Both the position numbers and the translations under genes were made by a program. From a virus, in the IMG/VR virus record IMGVR_UViG_3300005827_000050, positions 1 to 37,729 of that record: DNA of 37,729 bases. One strand, 5' to 3'. Positions 9,301 through 17,502 of this stretch are shown piece after piece (the first letter of the stretch is position 1; the number at the start of each line of letters is the position of its first letter). Below the pieces are notes generated by a model, which had not been told where the DNA came from, did not search any database, and saw only the letters and a program-made list of their open reading frames with translations.

Positions 9301-10188
9301 AGTCATGCTTCTAAGTAATGCGCCACCAACGATTCCAGCGGTTAACTTACCATCTGCTGCCATATCCCGTAATGCACCAGTAGTTACCCCTAAGCTATCT
9401 GCAACGGCTTTGAGTAATCTTGGTGAGTTCTCTGCAATAGAGTTAAATTCATCCCCACGTAATACCCCCGACCCCATAGCCTGAGCAAATTGTAGTGTTG
9501 CGCTTGTTGCTTCTTCGGTTGATGCCCCACTGACTAATAGTGCTTTAGAGAATGAGCTTGTAATATCCAAAGTAGTTCTAAGGGAACCACCTAATTTACC
9601 TATCGGATCGGCTAGCTTTACATATAGTTTACCAACTGAATCTAAAGATACTTTATTCTCATTTGCTATAGTTAAAAGTGATTTTTGTATACCTGCTAAA
9701 TTTGCACTTTCTCCACTTACAAGTTTAATACGGGCTTGTAAGTTATTCATGGCATCTGATGTTTGAATAGCTTTTGAAGCTAAAGCAGTGAATCCAATAA
9801 GACCTATGACAGCCGATAATTTACCCATCGCACCTGATAGCATATCAGTATTTTTAGATGAATTATTCATCTCATTCGATGCTTTTCGGTTTGCCTCTGT
9901 GAGCTTATTTTGAGCTATTATATTTTCTTTTGTAGCTATTGAAACTTTATTATTGGCTTCCGCTAATTTTGCCTCAGCTTTTGCTAGTTCTTCCGCTGAT
10001 TTTGTAGTACCGTCCTGCGCTTTTTTAAGACGTTCCACATCATCTGAGGCTTTTTTTGATGCTTCTTGAAGTTTACGAAGTGAGTTTGCTGATTTTGCGG
10101 CTGATACGTCTGCTTGAAGCAATGCATTACTTAGACCGCCTATTTTGGCTTGACCATTAACACTAACGTCCACTTCAAATTTAGCCAT
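6376..10188 (-). CDS. tail tape measure protein
   Basis: 1270 aa. Coiled-coil N-terminus, a tape-measure core motif (GSGVLRGDEFNSIAENSPRLLKAVADSLGVTTGALRDMAADGKL) and a Gly-rich hydrophobic segment. Lies downstream of the G/G-T chaperones. Confidence 0.92.
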   Translation of the reverse strand: MAKFEVDVSVNGQAKIGGLSNALLQADVSAAKSANSLRKLQEASKKASDDVERLKKAQDGTTKSAEELAKAEAKLAEANNKVSIATKENIIAQNKLTEANRKASNEMNNSSKNTDMLSGAMGKLSAVIGLIGFTALASKAIQTSDAMNNLQARIKLVSGESANLAGIQKSLLTIANENKVSLDSVGKLYVKLADPIGKLGGSLRTTLDITSSFSKALLVSGASTEEATSATLQFAQAMGSGVLRGDEFNSIAENSPRLLKAVADSLGVTTGALRDMAADGKLTAGIVGGALLRSMTDLEAEARQMPHTVSGAFQILKNNLSDAISKFDDATGSSGMLADAITELSSGTGSFTDDLISNSRAMSAWINTHKEGISQLETIGQKAIGVMGKLSQVVAANVGTNISTGAKLLGKAQDFFTPQSVKDDRTFVANINAHAEALQRRLKIEKEEAEIAKQIAEQSKFMSASDKAKATEEEKRTASLLKAKKSLIAIGLTEVEVNQKMVSITKQYDRNIADAKALEAKSKQVELDKLSVEQRKKALIEQERENKRIKAQKDRDDKQKEDQEKRASQKLIEETEKTEDQIFKLTHGTYENKLRDIANETTAKLKSGQDTVMIAEWASQSVISLDDETAKELKKTNEERIKKEMEDAKKLSEMRQKEFEERNKFWIDMFDGIEKAMDKQIFDTMTGKWDKFGNWLKDFWSSLTTSIARSASSMLSNSLIGGLKSMIIGNASGGSSLLAGLGLSAGSVLQGVTTDSAGFTTTAGGTVYDAAGQITKAGSDNLGNVGDIVSTASSINTAYQVLTGGLAAIGANIATGFQYLAGGAQALGLTGTAAGISNFGIGAGSVFTGGEFAGMGAMGAGQLLGGAGVGALGGYALGSIGDKLFGANTKAGVGGAIGGGIGGVAGTIILPGVGTAIGAGIGAALGSVIGGMFGKTKVTGSGIQAFSDINTESGAGAISSFIDYNKKSWFKSRSWTEYTGLSEKESKSIMAIFTTYDYLLGQLGGVDDIIVRAGKYSGTSFFNEIDKAFIRAFIDNKSLTDTFYNSWSELAGKMGVAIQEAFSTTITNFLQYKRGFEVYTLERSGNTLESLKLQSEWAKKDLNAVESLIGTNGVTLENYIDKYNQAVKGSFTPETIQQWQSLGDALKNAANSSDAYTKAIEAQNEAQKQANQALQASRVTALQLARAVSFGAHRTYGTMPTNNTTYTPTIYTGNSTTVNATATSTDTNTAVVNTNLSIMEAMNSMNQEIIKLNQLMRAVTNGNAIIVEVA

Positions 10189-10230
10189 AACAAAACCTCG
10201 TTTATATCATTTAATATGTAATTATAGCAC

Positions 10231-10952
10231 TCACTTATTCCGCTGTTTTGCCTTGATATTTTCGCTATTCATTTCCATAATAAATTGTAAGTATTCTTTA
10301 GGAGGCAAAAAGCAGTTTTTGAGTAAGAATTTTAAATGGTGAAAATCTAATGCGCCATTCTCTCCGATGCGCTGAACCGATTTAAAGCAGTATATAATTA
10401 GTTGCGAGATGTGATCGTCTTGATCGATTACCGTGATAGTGGAGTTGTTTTTAATTTCTTCGGTGTCCCGTTCGTCAAACGTGCTAAAGTCCTGAGCTGA
10501 TGCCAAGTCTTTAGCGTATGATATTAGGCTTTCGAAGCGTCTTTTTTTTTCTCTTCAATGTCTTTTTGAATGGTATCTAGTACAGCAGAATATCCGTACT
10601 CTCTTGCTAGTTCCATAATCTCTTTGTCGCCCTTCATGCACAATTCAAGACGCATCTTAGATACTTCCTCAACAAGATTGAACCCATCAAGCTGTTCGAT
10701 CTTATCATCGAGTAGTGCCATTGATTTTTGTAGCTCTTCAATAACCTTTTCATCGGTGTTATCTTTGGCAAAACGAGCACGTAGGACTTCGATTTTATTC
10801 TCGATCTTTTTCGCTTCTTTGCCGAGCTTGATAAAGTTTTCAGACAATGCTTTCATGTCTTTTGATTGTTTTTTAGTTGGCTCTGAAAGAGTACCTTTGT
10901 AAACGTCGTCTCCGACTTCAATGGTGAATGGGTAATCAATTGTGAATTTCAT
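10231..10952 (-). CDS. tail assembly chaperone G-T fusion (programmed -1 frameshift product)
   Basis: The -1 frame is open from the A9 run (10542..10550) through ORF 10231..10506. I translated it by hand as ...KKRRFESLISYAKDLASAQD... Confidence 0.75.
10524..10952 (-). CDS. tail assembly chaperone (G-like)
   Basis: 142 aa, acidic and coiled-coil-like. Lies directly between the tail tube and tape measure genes and ends just after the slippery A-run. Confidence 0.8.
   Translation of the reverse strand: MKFTIDYPFTIEVGDDVYKGTLSEPTKKQSKDMKALSENFIKLGKEAKKIENKIEVLRARFAKDNTDEKVIEELQKSMALLDDKIEQLDGFNLVEEVSKMRLELCMKGDKEIMELAREYGYSAVLDTIQKDIEEKKKDASKA
10542..10550 (-). promoter_or_regulatory. -1 ribosomal slippery site (GAG AAA AAA AAA GAC)
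   Basis: Nine consecutive A on the coding strand, 5 codons before the G stop codon. The downstream ORF is in the -1 frame. Confidence 0.75.
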
Positions 10953-11024
10953 AAGTTAGCCTCTTAGAATAAATTTATAGTAATTTTACCACAAATATGT
11001 TATTATTCTTTCGTTATGAGATTC

Positions 11025-11091
11025 GATAGGGGGAATTTTCCTCCAAGTCGTTCCCTCTATCAAAATTCATAAAAGACTTGGAGGTCTTTCA
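11025..11091 (+). promoter_or_regulatory. structured 5' leader with SD-sequestering helix
   Basis: Helix A pairs 11025-11034 with 11052-11061 (10 bp, one G.U). Helix B pairs 11040-11049 (CCTCCAAGTC) with 11075-11084 (GACTTGGAGG, which contains the SD). An alternative hairpin pairs 11029-11034 with 11039-11044. Confidence 0.6.
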
Positions 11092-11898
11092 ATGTCGGAA
11101 AAATCAAATATAAAATATATAGCAATGCTAAGCGGTGGTCAAGACAGCTCAGCAATGACGTTAAGACTCTTAGAGTTAGGTAATCCAGTTGATTATATAG
11201 TATTCTCTGATACTACATTGGAATTTGATGAAATGTACGAATATATTGATAAGCTCGATGCTTTTTTTCAGCGTAAGTATGGGATAGCTATTACAAGGTT
11301 AAAGCCTAAATCGTCTTATGAATCATGGGTGTTTAGTGATATTGCAGACTATGGAAAATTAGGAGGTCAGATTAGAGGTGTACCTCTTATTGCTTCGCCT
11401 TGCTATTGGAGAAGAGAAGCCAAAGAGCTTCCGTTTCAAAGATGGCTAAAAGAAGAACAAATTACTGAATATAAAACTTATGTAGGTTACGTTTACAATG
11501 AGTATGATCGGTGGAAAAATGCTTGGCAATATAATGCACTAACTCCACTTGTTGATTGGAAATGGAATGAGCCAGAGGTGCAGAAATATCTCAAAGAAAA
11601 TATGATGGAAAATAAATTATATCAGCATTTTGAGCGATCAGGTTGCGGAATATGTCAAAAGCAAAGCATTGAGGCAAAATATCAGCTATATAAAAATTAC
11701 CCTAAGCAATGGACTTATATGAGCGAATTGGAAACAAGATTAAAAACAGAGAGAGAGAACAGAGGAGAGGCAGTTGTGCCTTCTTTTCATACTTCATTAT
11801 TCACTTGGGATATGGAAAAACTATTTAAACAAAAAGATAAACAGCAGACTTTTGAGTTTGAATTTGAGCCAGTTCAGGACTGCTTCTGTAAGATATAA
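11092..11898 (+). CDS. PAPS reductase-family PP-loop protein (stand-alone moron)
   Basis: PP-loop SGGQDS. VFSDTTLEFDEMYEYI resembles the DTGxEFPET motif of the PAPS reductase family. CGIC near the C-terminus. It is the only plus-strand gene inside the minus-strand structural block. Confidence 0.75.
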   Translation: MSEKSNIKYIAMLSGGQDSSAMTLRLLELGNPVDYIVFSDTTLEFDEMYEYIDKLDAFFQRKYGIAITRLKPKSSYESWVFSDIADYGKLGGQIRGVPLIASPCYWRREAKELPFQRWLKEEQITEYKTYVGYVYNEYDRWKNAWQYNALTPLVDWKWNEPEVQKYLKENMMENKLYQHFERSGCGICQKQSIEAKYQLYKNYPKQWTYMSELETRLKTERENRGEAVVPSFHTSLFTWDMEKLFKQKDKQQTFEFEFEPVQDCFCKI

Positions 11899-11914
11899 GC
11901 CTCTTTTGAGTTCA

Positions 11915-11943
11915 CGGATAAGTCGAGGCTAATCCCTTATCCG
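11915..11943. terminator. hairpin between convergent genes (candidate bidirectional terminator)
   Basis: CGGATAAG (11915-11922) pairs with CTTATCCG (11936-11943): 8 perfect bp with a 13-nt loop. There is no clean U-tract. Confidence 0.45.
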
Positions 11944-11953
11944 CTATTCGCTA

Positions 11954-12922
11954 TTAAACGAAATGCCCGTGAGTGATCTCGATTGCTTTCCCTGCTGAAT
12001 CACCTTGTAGCAACCAAACAAATTCACGTTTAAGAGTTGATTTATCGGTGCTGTCGGTGAACGCTGATGCTTTAGCCAATGCACAATCAATTTTAACTGA
12101 TTTACCATCTACCAGAATACCAGCATTAGTTCCAAGTTTGACTACGATCGCTTCAACTGTTTGAGCCGATAATTTGTTAATTGCCGCATTATAATCGGTG
12201 TTTTCAGGGTAGAATGTGGCAGTGACTTTAATCATATAGTCATTGATATTATACTCTTTGATTCCCATGCCATAGAAGTCATCGACTTGTGCGCCCATAT
12301 CAATTTTTATGGAGTCGGCTTTAACAGCAGTTCCTCCCGCCGTGATAACGTCAGCACATCCTACGATAAGACACGGGTTAGTATTAAGCGTAACTGATGG
12401 AAGTGCCGCCGATGCCGCTACCCCTGCATTGTCAAGGTATGCGCTAAATGTTGCGTTTAGCATTGCTGCTTTACCGATTGCAAAATCAAAGTTTACTGCC
12501 GCTACTGCCGAATTAGTAGCAGTTTGTTTATACCCGTCAAGGAAAGCCGCAATACACCCCTTAGCAGGTGTTTGGCTATTGGTATAAACAACTTTACCTG
12601 TTAATCCTGTACCTGTGATAGTTTCGTCGAACCCTGCAATTTTAAGAAGCTCTCCATATTCAGGCGGAGTTTCTAGGGTTGTACCTGCAATATTTGATGA
12701 ACGCATTTTATGTGCAACTTGAACCGATACCGTAGCTTTGCAGGTATCCGCATAACTGTCGTTTGACCCTAATCTTCCGTTTACACGTTTAAATTCTTCT
12801 ACCGGGATAGAAGGGTTTACTACTAATTCAGACTCGACTTCTAAGAAGCCAGCTGGATAAACTGGTTGCGTAGCTCCTGCTTTTACAAACAAAGCCGAGC
12901 GTTTGGTGTTCATTAATGCCAT
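11954..12922 (-). CDS. major tail (tube) protein
   Basis: 322 aa. Lies between the tail terminator-like gene and the G/G-T chaperones. Call is based on position. Confidence 0.7.
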   Translation of the reverse strand: MALMNTKRSALFVKAGATQPVYPAGFLEVESELVVNPSIPVEEFKRVNGRLGSNDSYADTCKATVSVQVAHKMRSSNIAGTTLETPPEYGELLKIAGFDETITGTGLTGKVVYTNSQTPAKGCIAAFLDGYKQTATNSAVAAVNFDFAIGKAAMLNATFSAYLDNAGVAASAALPSVTLNTNPCLIVGCADVITAGGTAVKADSIKIDMGAQVDDFYGMGIKEYNINDYMIKVTATFYPENTDYNAAINKLSAQTVEAIVVKLGTNAGILVDGKSVKIDCALAKASAFTDSTDKSTLKREFVWLLQGDSAGKAIEITHGHFV

Positions 12923-12985
12923 TTTGATGTCCTTTTTTGGAATGAATATTCAATAGAAATTATATTACATAATATCAATAGCGAT

Positions 12986-13360
12986 TTAACTATGCACTTC
13001 TACTTCAAACGTCGTCATTAGTTCAAAGAAACCATTATCAAGATTAACCGCTGAACCTTGAATTTGCCCGGTTCTGATTTCAATATCTCCGATCTGCTTA
13101 CAATTTAAAAGTGTTGTAACATCATCTGCCAGCTTAAAGCATAGTGGTGATGATTTTGCATAGCACATAACTTGCAGTTGAGCGTTAATATAAGAGCGTC
13201 CACCGAACGATTGGTTATTGCTTACCCCGATATACTTCACACCTATCCATTGTGTAACACCGCTTGTGCTGAACGCTACACCGTCCCATTGAATAGGCGT
13301 GGTTGTCCAATTCGTTTTAATAAATGTTTCGATAGATGATTTAGTGCTAAAATTTCCCAT
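12986..13360 (-). CDS. tail terminator/completion protein (DUF4128-like)
   Basis: 124 aa. The pattern IKTNWTTTPIQWDGVAFS...QLQVMCYAK...LADDV resembles DUF4128 phage proteins. Confidence 0.55.
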   Translation of the reverse strand: MGNFSTKSSIETFIKTNWTTTPIQWDGVAFSTSGVTQWIGVKYIGVSNNQSFGGRSYINAQLQVMCYAKSSPLCFKLADDVTTLLNCKQIGDIEIRTGQIQGSAVNLDNGFFELMTTFEVEVHS

Positions 13361-13361
13361 G

Positions 13362-13682
13362 TTATCCCCTTAGTGCGTCTAATCGCCGTGATAGCTCATT
13401 ATTATGGCGTTGAATAATTGGATATACACCGTCAGGAAGTTGTAACGACCCGATAGTCTTTCCGTCTATGACTTTACGCCCATTAAATATGAAAGAAGCG
13501 TAATTCATGTTATTTGTGAATAGCCATCCGTCACCTACTTTATGGAATTCCCAAGCTGTCTTTAATTGCCCAGTATCTACCGGAGTTTTAGTCTGCAATT
13601 CCGAAAACAAATTCATAGCAGCTTCAGCGATGATTAAGTCCGCTTTTTGCTTCATTGCTTCAAATTCAGATGATAGGCTCAT
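13362..13682 (-). CDS. HK97 gp10-like head-tail joining protein
   Basis: The motif KTPVDTGQLKTAW is typical of the HK97 gp10 family. Confidence 0.6.
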   Translation of the reverse strand: MSLSSEFEAMKQKADLIIAEAAMNLFSELQTKTPVDTGQLKTAWEFHKVGDGWLFTNNMNYASFIFNGRKVIDGKTIGSLQLPDGVYPIIQRHNNELSRRLDALRG

Positions 13683-14041
13683 GATTTTAACAACACTTCG
13701 TATTTGATTACTGTATCTTGAAGATACAACGGCATAACATAGATAATATTCATAGTCTCGCCTCGAAATGTAATTCTATCTCCAATATCAACTACTCCAT
13801 CGAAATAGAACATCGCCGATAGCTGATACGAGTTAAGAGCTACATTATCCGCCACTCGTGCTGATAGCTCTGTACTTGCATACTGTTTAATAATCGCTTT
13901 TGTTGAGGTTGATGCCGTTGTTTCAGTTCCACCAGTTGCAGGGTTATATCCCGTTTGTGTAACACTTATTAATGTGATAGCACTCCCGTATTCTGCTAAA
14001 GCCTCTTTAATATCAATGATTGCTGATTGTGCGTCAGTCAT
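13679..14041 (-). CDS. head closure / head-tail adaptor protein
   Basis: 120 aa, ATGA-coupled to its neighbours within the connector module. Call is based on position. Confidence 0.5.
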   Translation of the reverse strand: MTDAQSAIIDIKEALAEYGSAITLISVTQTGYNPATGGTETTASTSTKAIIKQYASTELSARVADNVALNSYQLSAMFYFDGVVDIGDRITFRGETMNIIYVMPLYLQDTVIKYEVLLKS

Positions 14042-14466
14042 TATGATCTCGTTAGCACGAATGATGAGGTTGATACATATTGATATTGAGCCAAAAGAGC
14101 TGTTACAATATCGGGGAATGCGTTTGAGCTTTCACCCTTTGTAAAAAATTCCTTTTCCAAAGCCCCGTCGATCTTAATCCGCTTGATGTTCTCTTTGCCG
14201 TCGTTATCGGTCATGTCTACACCGATTGAGCTAACTGATAAATGAACCGTAGCAAGCTTCAAATCAGATGGCGTTGAGGTTGTAGCAGGGTCGATAATCT
14301 TCAATCGGATGAGCGTTGTAGATTGCTTTAAGTATAACTCTTTAGTAGCGTTTGTTAAAGCGTTCCATGCCGTTAAGTTGATGATGTTTGCCGATGCGAT
14401 TGTCTCAGCTTCCGCTAGTGATACGTAACTATCCCATGAGGTTGTAGGGTAGATTATGAGTGCCAT
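14041..14466 (-). CDS. head-tail connector protein
   Basis: 141 aa, first gene of the connector module. Call is based on position. Confidence 0.5.
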   Translation of the reverse strand: MALIIYPTTSWDSYVSLAEAETIASANIINLTAWNALTNATKELYLKQSTTLIRLKIIDPATTSTPSDLKLATVHLSVSSIGVDMTDNDGKENIKRIKIDGALEKEFFTKGESSNAFPDIVTALLAQYQYVSTSSFVLTRS

Positions 14467-14475
14467 TTTTTCTCC

Positions 14476-15045
14476 TTATTTTTCAGTATAGTACATATGT
14501 GCCTCATAGGCATTTGATGCACCGCTGAGATTTGTAATCTTAAACATATAAGTAGTATTTTTTTTCAAAATAGCTCCACCTTTGATGCTTCCGTCAGTAT
14601 CAACTCTATTTGTTGCACCTGTTCCAATTACATGAATACGCTTGTGTAATTTTAATGCACCACTTGCCGTTACTGTCCCTCCAGTATATATGGTCATATT
14701 GCTTGTGTTGGTAGATTCAAAATTAAGATTAATAGGGTTAAAAAGTGTTCCATTAGCTGTTACAGTTGGGGACTCATATAGCTCTATAAGCCATCCTCCT
14801 GATGCTGTAGTAACATCTAGCCCTAAAAAATGAACTTCTTTTGATCCAGTCATCCCTAAGAAAATATCAGATGCGTTATTAGCAAGATTAGGATTATAGT
14901 TATCTACTAAAAAAGATACTCCATTATGCACACCCATTGATAATTCATCTATTACCGTCATAGGTCGGTAGAATGAACCTAATAGTCTTTGACCTCTGTA
15001 TAGGAGTTCGTAGATACGGACAAAAGCGTTATCAGTTAGAGCCAT
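14476..15045 (-). CDS. hypothetical structural-module protein (beta-rich)
   Basis: 189-aa ORF with strong coding appearance, lying between the capsid and connector modules. No motif recognised. Confidence 0.55.
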   Translation of the reverse strand: MALTDNAFVRIYELLYRGQRLLGSFYRPMTVIDELSMGVHNGVSFLVDNYNPNLANNASDIFLGMTGSKEVHFLGLDVTTASGGWLIELYESPTVTANGTLFNPINLNFESTNTSNMTIYTGGTVTASGALKLHKRIHVIGTGATNRVDTDGSIKGGAILKKNTTYMFKITNLSGASNAYEAHMYYTEK

Positions 15046-15094
15046 ATTTTCTCCTTATTAGCATTATAGGACGGTACGAATACCGCCCGAAATA

Positions 15095-15268
15095 CTACTT
15101 CTTAGTAGTTTGCTTCTCTTTTTTAGTGAGAATAGGAACATCACGCATTTGTAGGTTTGCGCCTTGAAACTTTGCATCGATGATGGTTAATCCTCGATCA
15201 AGTGCGATTTGCTCCACATTTTCATTATATTGGTCAATAGGAAAATCTAAGTACCAACATCCACCCAT
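15095..15268 (-). CDS. hypothetical 57-aa protein (below the ORF-track cutoff)
   Basis: Hand translation: MGGCWYLDFPIDQYNENVEQIALDRGLTIIDAKFQGANLQMRDVPILTKKEKQTTKK. The start overlaps the upstream stop (TAATG). Confidence 0.4.
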   Translation of the reverse strand: MGGCWYLDFPIDQYNENVEQIALDRGLTIIDAKFQGANLQMRDVPILTKKEKQTTKK

Positions 15269-15384
15269 TATTTACCCTTTTTCTCTGGAGCTTCAAGCGT
15301 ATAACCTGCAGCCAACCATTCTGCAACATCGATTTTATGTGGCACTTTATACTCTTTTCCGTCTTTGTCGTATACGATTGTCAT
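15268..15384 (-). CDS. hypothetical 38-aa protein (below the ORF-track cutoff)
   Basis: Hand translation: MTIVYDKDGKEYKVPHKIDVAEWLAAGYTLEAPEKKGK. Fills an otherwise empty gap. Confidence 0.4.
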   Translation of the reverse strand: MTIVYDKDGKEYKVPHKIDVAEWLAAGYTLEAPEKKGK

Positions 15385-15444
15385 TGCTTTTCCTTTATTT
15401 TAATATGGATATTGATACCCTCAAAAGAGGGCATGATCTCGATA

Positions 15445-15828
15445 CTAACTATCGAGGGTTAGATAACACGCAACTGTTACCGACGTAGCAGTAGTACCTA
15501 CTTTTGTCCCAGTAATACGGAAGTAAGCCGAATTTGCCGCCAACTGCTCAGAACTGAAAGCAATATTATACATTTTAGCTCCGCTTGTAGTTAGAATTGG
15601 GTTACCTACCGGAGTATAAGTACCTCCAAGCGTTGCAGAAGATTCTAACTGAATAGAGTGGTAGTTAGAAGCGTCTACCGTTCCAACAAGTGCGCTAATA
15701 GTGATATTAGCCGCATAAGTTTCTTCACCAACTGCAAGACCAGCGATATTTACTCCAGTGCTTGAAGCCGTAGTAGTGATTGCAGTAGCCGCAAGGACTA
15801 CCGCATTATCGTCATAAAGTTTTACCAT
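15445..15828 (-). CDS. putative head decoration / capsid accessory protein
   Basis: 127 aa, rich in Ala/Thr/Ser/Gly, immediately downstream of the capsid gene. Confidence 0.45.
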   Translation of the reverse strand: MVKLYDDNAVVLAATAITTTASSTGVNIAGLAVGEETYAANITISALVGTVDASNYHSIQLESSATLGGTYTPVGNPILTTSGAKMYNIAFSSEQLAANSAYFRITGTKVGTTATSVTVACYLTLDS

Positions 15829-15840
15829 TTTGTCCCCTTA

Positions 15841-16740
15841 TTAAGCTGTTACAGCTGCATTAGTAATCAAGTTCAAGCGAGCCGCTGAACGTGGAGCGAA
15901 TACACCGAAACCATTGTACCATTCAATACGAGTACGGAATGATGGCTTAGTTTCAAGCTCTCCCATATCACGAACATCCATAGAACCATTTTGGATACCT
16001 GTTACACCACCGTCACGGAATGAAACAACATAGATAGACGTTGTTGAACTTGCTTCCGTAAACCCAAGGATGTCGTTATTATCGTTGTCTTTCCATACGA
16101 TCATAATCGGAATATCATTATACTTAGTGACTTGGCGACCGAAAGCGTCCATGTCATACGTTACCATTCCGCCGATTGATTGGTTACGAGCAGCAGCAGT
16201 CAAACGGCGGCGCATCTCTTTACTCATCAAAATGTGTGTTGGTTCGTCTACTGCATCGATAGCTTCGTCCAATTTCAACAATGAAAGACCCGCTGTTCCA
16301 TTACTGATTAGCGCATCACCTGTCAAACGTTTTTGTAGACCGTCAAACTCTTTAGGATTTGATTCGCTATCACCTTTGATGAATGTCTTTGTCCATGCAA
16401 GTGCAAGGGCTTTGATCTTCATTGCTTCTTGTACTGAACGTTGCTCTGCTCCCATTGTATCGACAATGAATTTATCAACATCCAAGTCACCACCTGCAAT
16501 AGATAGGTTCTCTGTTTGTGGGTTGATGATACCAGTTGATTCGGTATAAGAACCATTCACACCACGGAAACCGATGCCCGGCAATGTTTCTTCGATGTTG
16601 TACTTAAGTGCGTTCCCTGAAATGTCCATAAATGGAAGATTTAAAAGAATGTCTGATGATTGAGCGAATTTGTCAATCACACCTGATAGATATGTGTCAC
16701 CCTCATTAAGTTTTGAGGCTTCAAGAATCGTTAATGCCAT
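15841..16740 (-). CDS. major capsid protein
   Basis: 299 aa, directly after the scaffold gene. The N-terminus MALTILEASKL...FMDISGNALKYN resembles capsid families I recall. Fold not verified. Confidence 0.75.
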   Translation of the reverse strand: MALTILEASKLNEGDTYLSGVIDKFAQSSDILLNLPFMDISGNALKYNIEETLPGIGFRGVNGSYTESTGIINPQTENLSIAGGDLDVDKFIVDTMGAEQRSVQEAMKIKALALAWTKTFIKGDSESNPKEFDGLQKRLTGDALISNGTAGLSLLKLDEAIDAVDEPTHILMSKEMRRRLTAAARNQSIGGMVTYDMDAFGRQVTKYNDIPIMIVWKDNDNNDILGFTEASSTTSIYVVSFRDGGVTGIQNGSMDVRDMGELETKPSFRTRIEWYNGFGVFAPRSAARLNLITNAAVTA

Positions 16741-16743
16741 GTA

Positions 16744-17445
16744 TTATCCTTGTTTTTGTGCTCGACCAATATTCATCTTTTCAACTGCTGAAAGAGTAGC
16801 GGTTTTATCAGATGTATTAGTATGTTGTTGAGGTGGTTTAGCACCCGTTCCGCCTGTCCCAACTGGTTTAAAAAGTGACGCATAAGAAGCTGAGTTTGAT
16901 AACTCATTAACCCGATCTTCTAACGTCATTTCTTTACCATTATTATACTTTGTGGAGCCGTCCTCATTTTTATACACGACACGCCCATCATCCGTATAAC
17001 TTGCACCATTAAGTGCTAATCCCTCTAAAATCGCATATACCTCACCGTTTAACGCTTTTTGCGCTAATCCAGTTTTGGACAATTCCGATTTAAGTGCGTA
17101 ATTTGAAAGTTTAGCTTTGTAGGTTGCTTCGATCTCACCCTTTTCCGCTACTGCTTTTTCAAGCTGAGTTTTGAGGTTCTGGACTTCCGCGTCGCTTCCT
17201 TTACCTTTCAGCACTTTGTCGAGTAGATCATCATCTACGTTATCAAGGTCATCCAACCCTAATTTATCTAACAACTTTTTCGCTTTGGCTTTTACGCCGT
17301 CGCGAGTTTCAAACGCTTTTCTTGAATCGTTCTCTAATACGTTAATACGCTTTGTTAAACTTTCAGTGGTTGCGCTCATCTCTGTGAGAAACTTTTTTGC
17401 CTCTTCATTCTCTCCGAGTAATGCGAGTATTGCATCTAAATTCAT
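16744..17445 (-). CDS. scaffolding protein
   Basis: 233 aa, highly charged and coiled-coil-like. Lies between the MuF-like and capsid genes. Confidence 0.7.
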   Translation of the reverse strand: MNLDAILALLGENEEAKKFLTEMSATTESLTKRINVLENDSRKAFETRDGVKAKAKKLLDKLGLDDLDNVDDDLLDKVLKGKGSDAEVQNLKTQLEKAVAEKGEIEATYKAKLSNYALKSELSKTGLAQKALNGEVYAILEGLALNGASYTDDGRVVYKNEDGSTKYNNGKEMTLEDRVNELSNSASYASLFKPVGTGGTGAKPPQQHTNTSDKTATLSAVEKMNIGRAQKQG

Positions 17446-17502
17446 TTGTGTTCCTTAAGTCCATAAGATATTAAAATTATATCATTTAATATTAGGTATG
17501 TT

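Noticed and set aside
11092-11898. QueC (7-cyano-7-deazaguanine synthase) assignment for the moron
   Set aside because: SGGQDS is shared with QueC. However, the following FSDTTLEFDEMYEYI block fits the PAPS reductase family (DTGxEFPET) better than QueC (FDYGQRH), and no other queuosine or Dpd pathway genes are present.
12943-12952. 10-bp perfect palindrome TGAATATTCA before the tail tube gene, read as an operator
   Set aside because: It is an AT-only short palindrome in an AT-rich genome, so chance occurrence is plausible. No second copy or adjacent promoter consensus was found.
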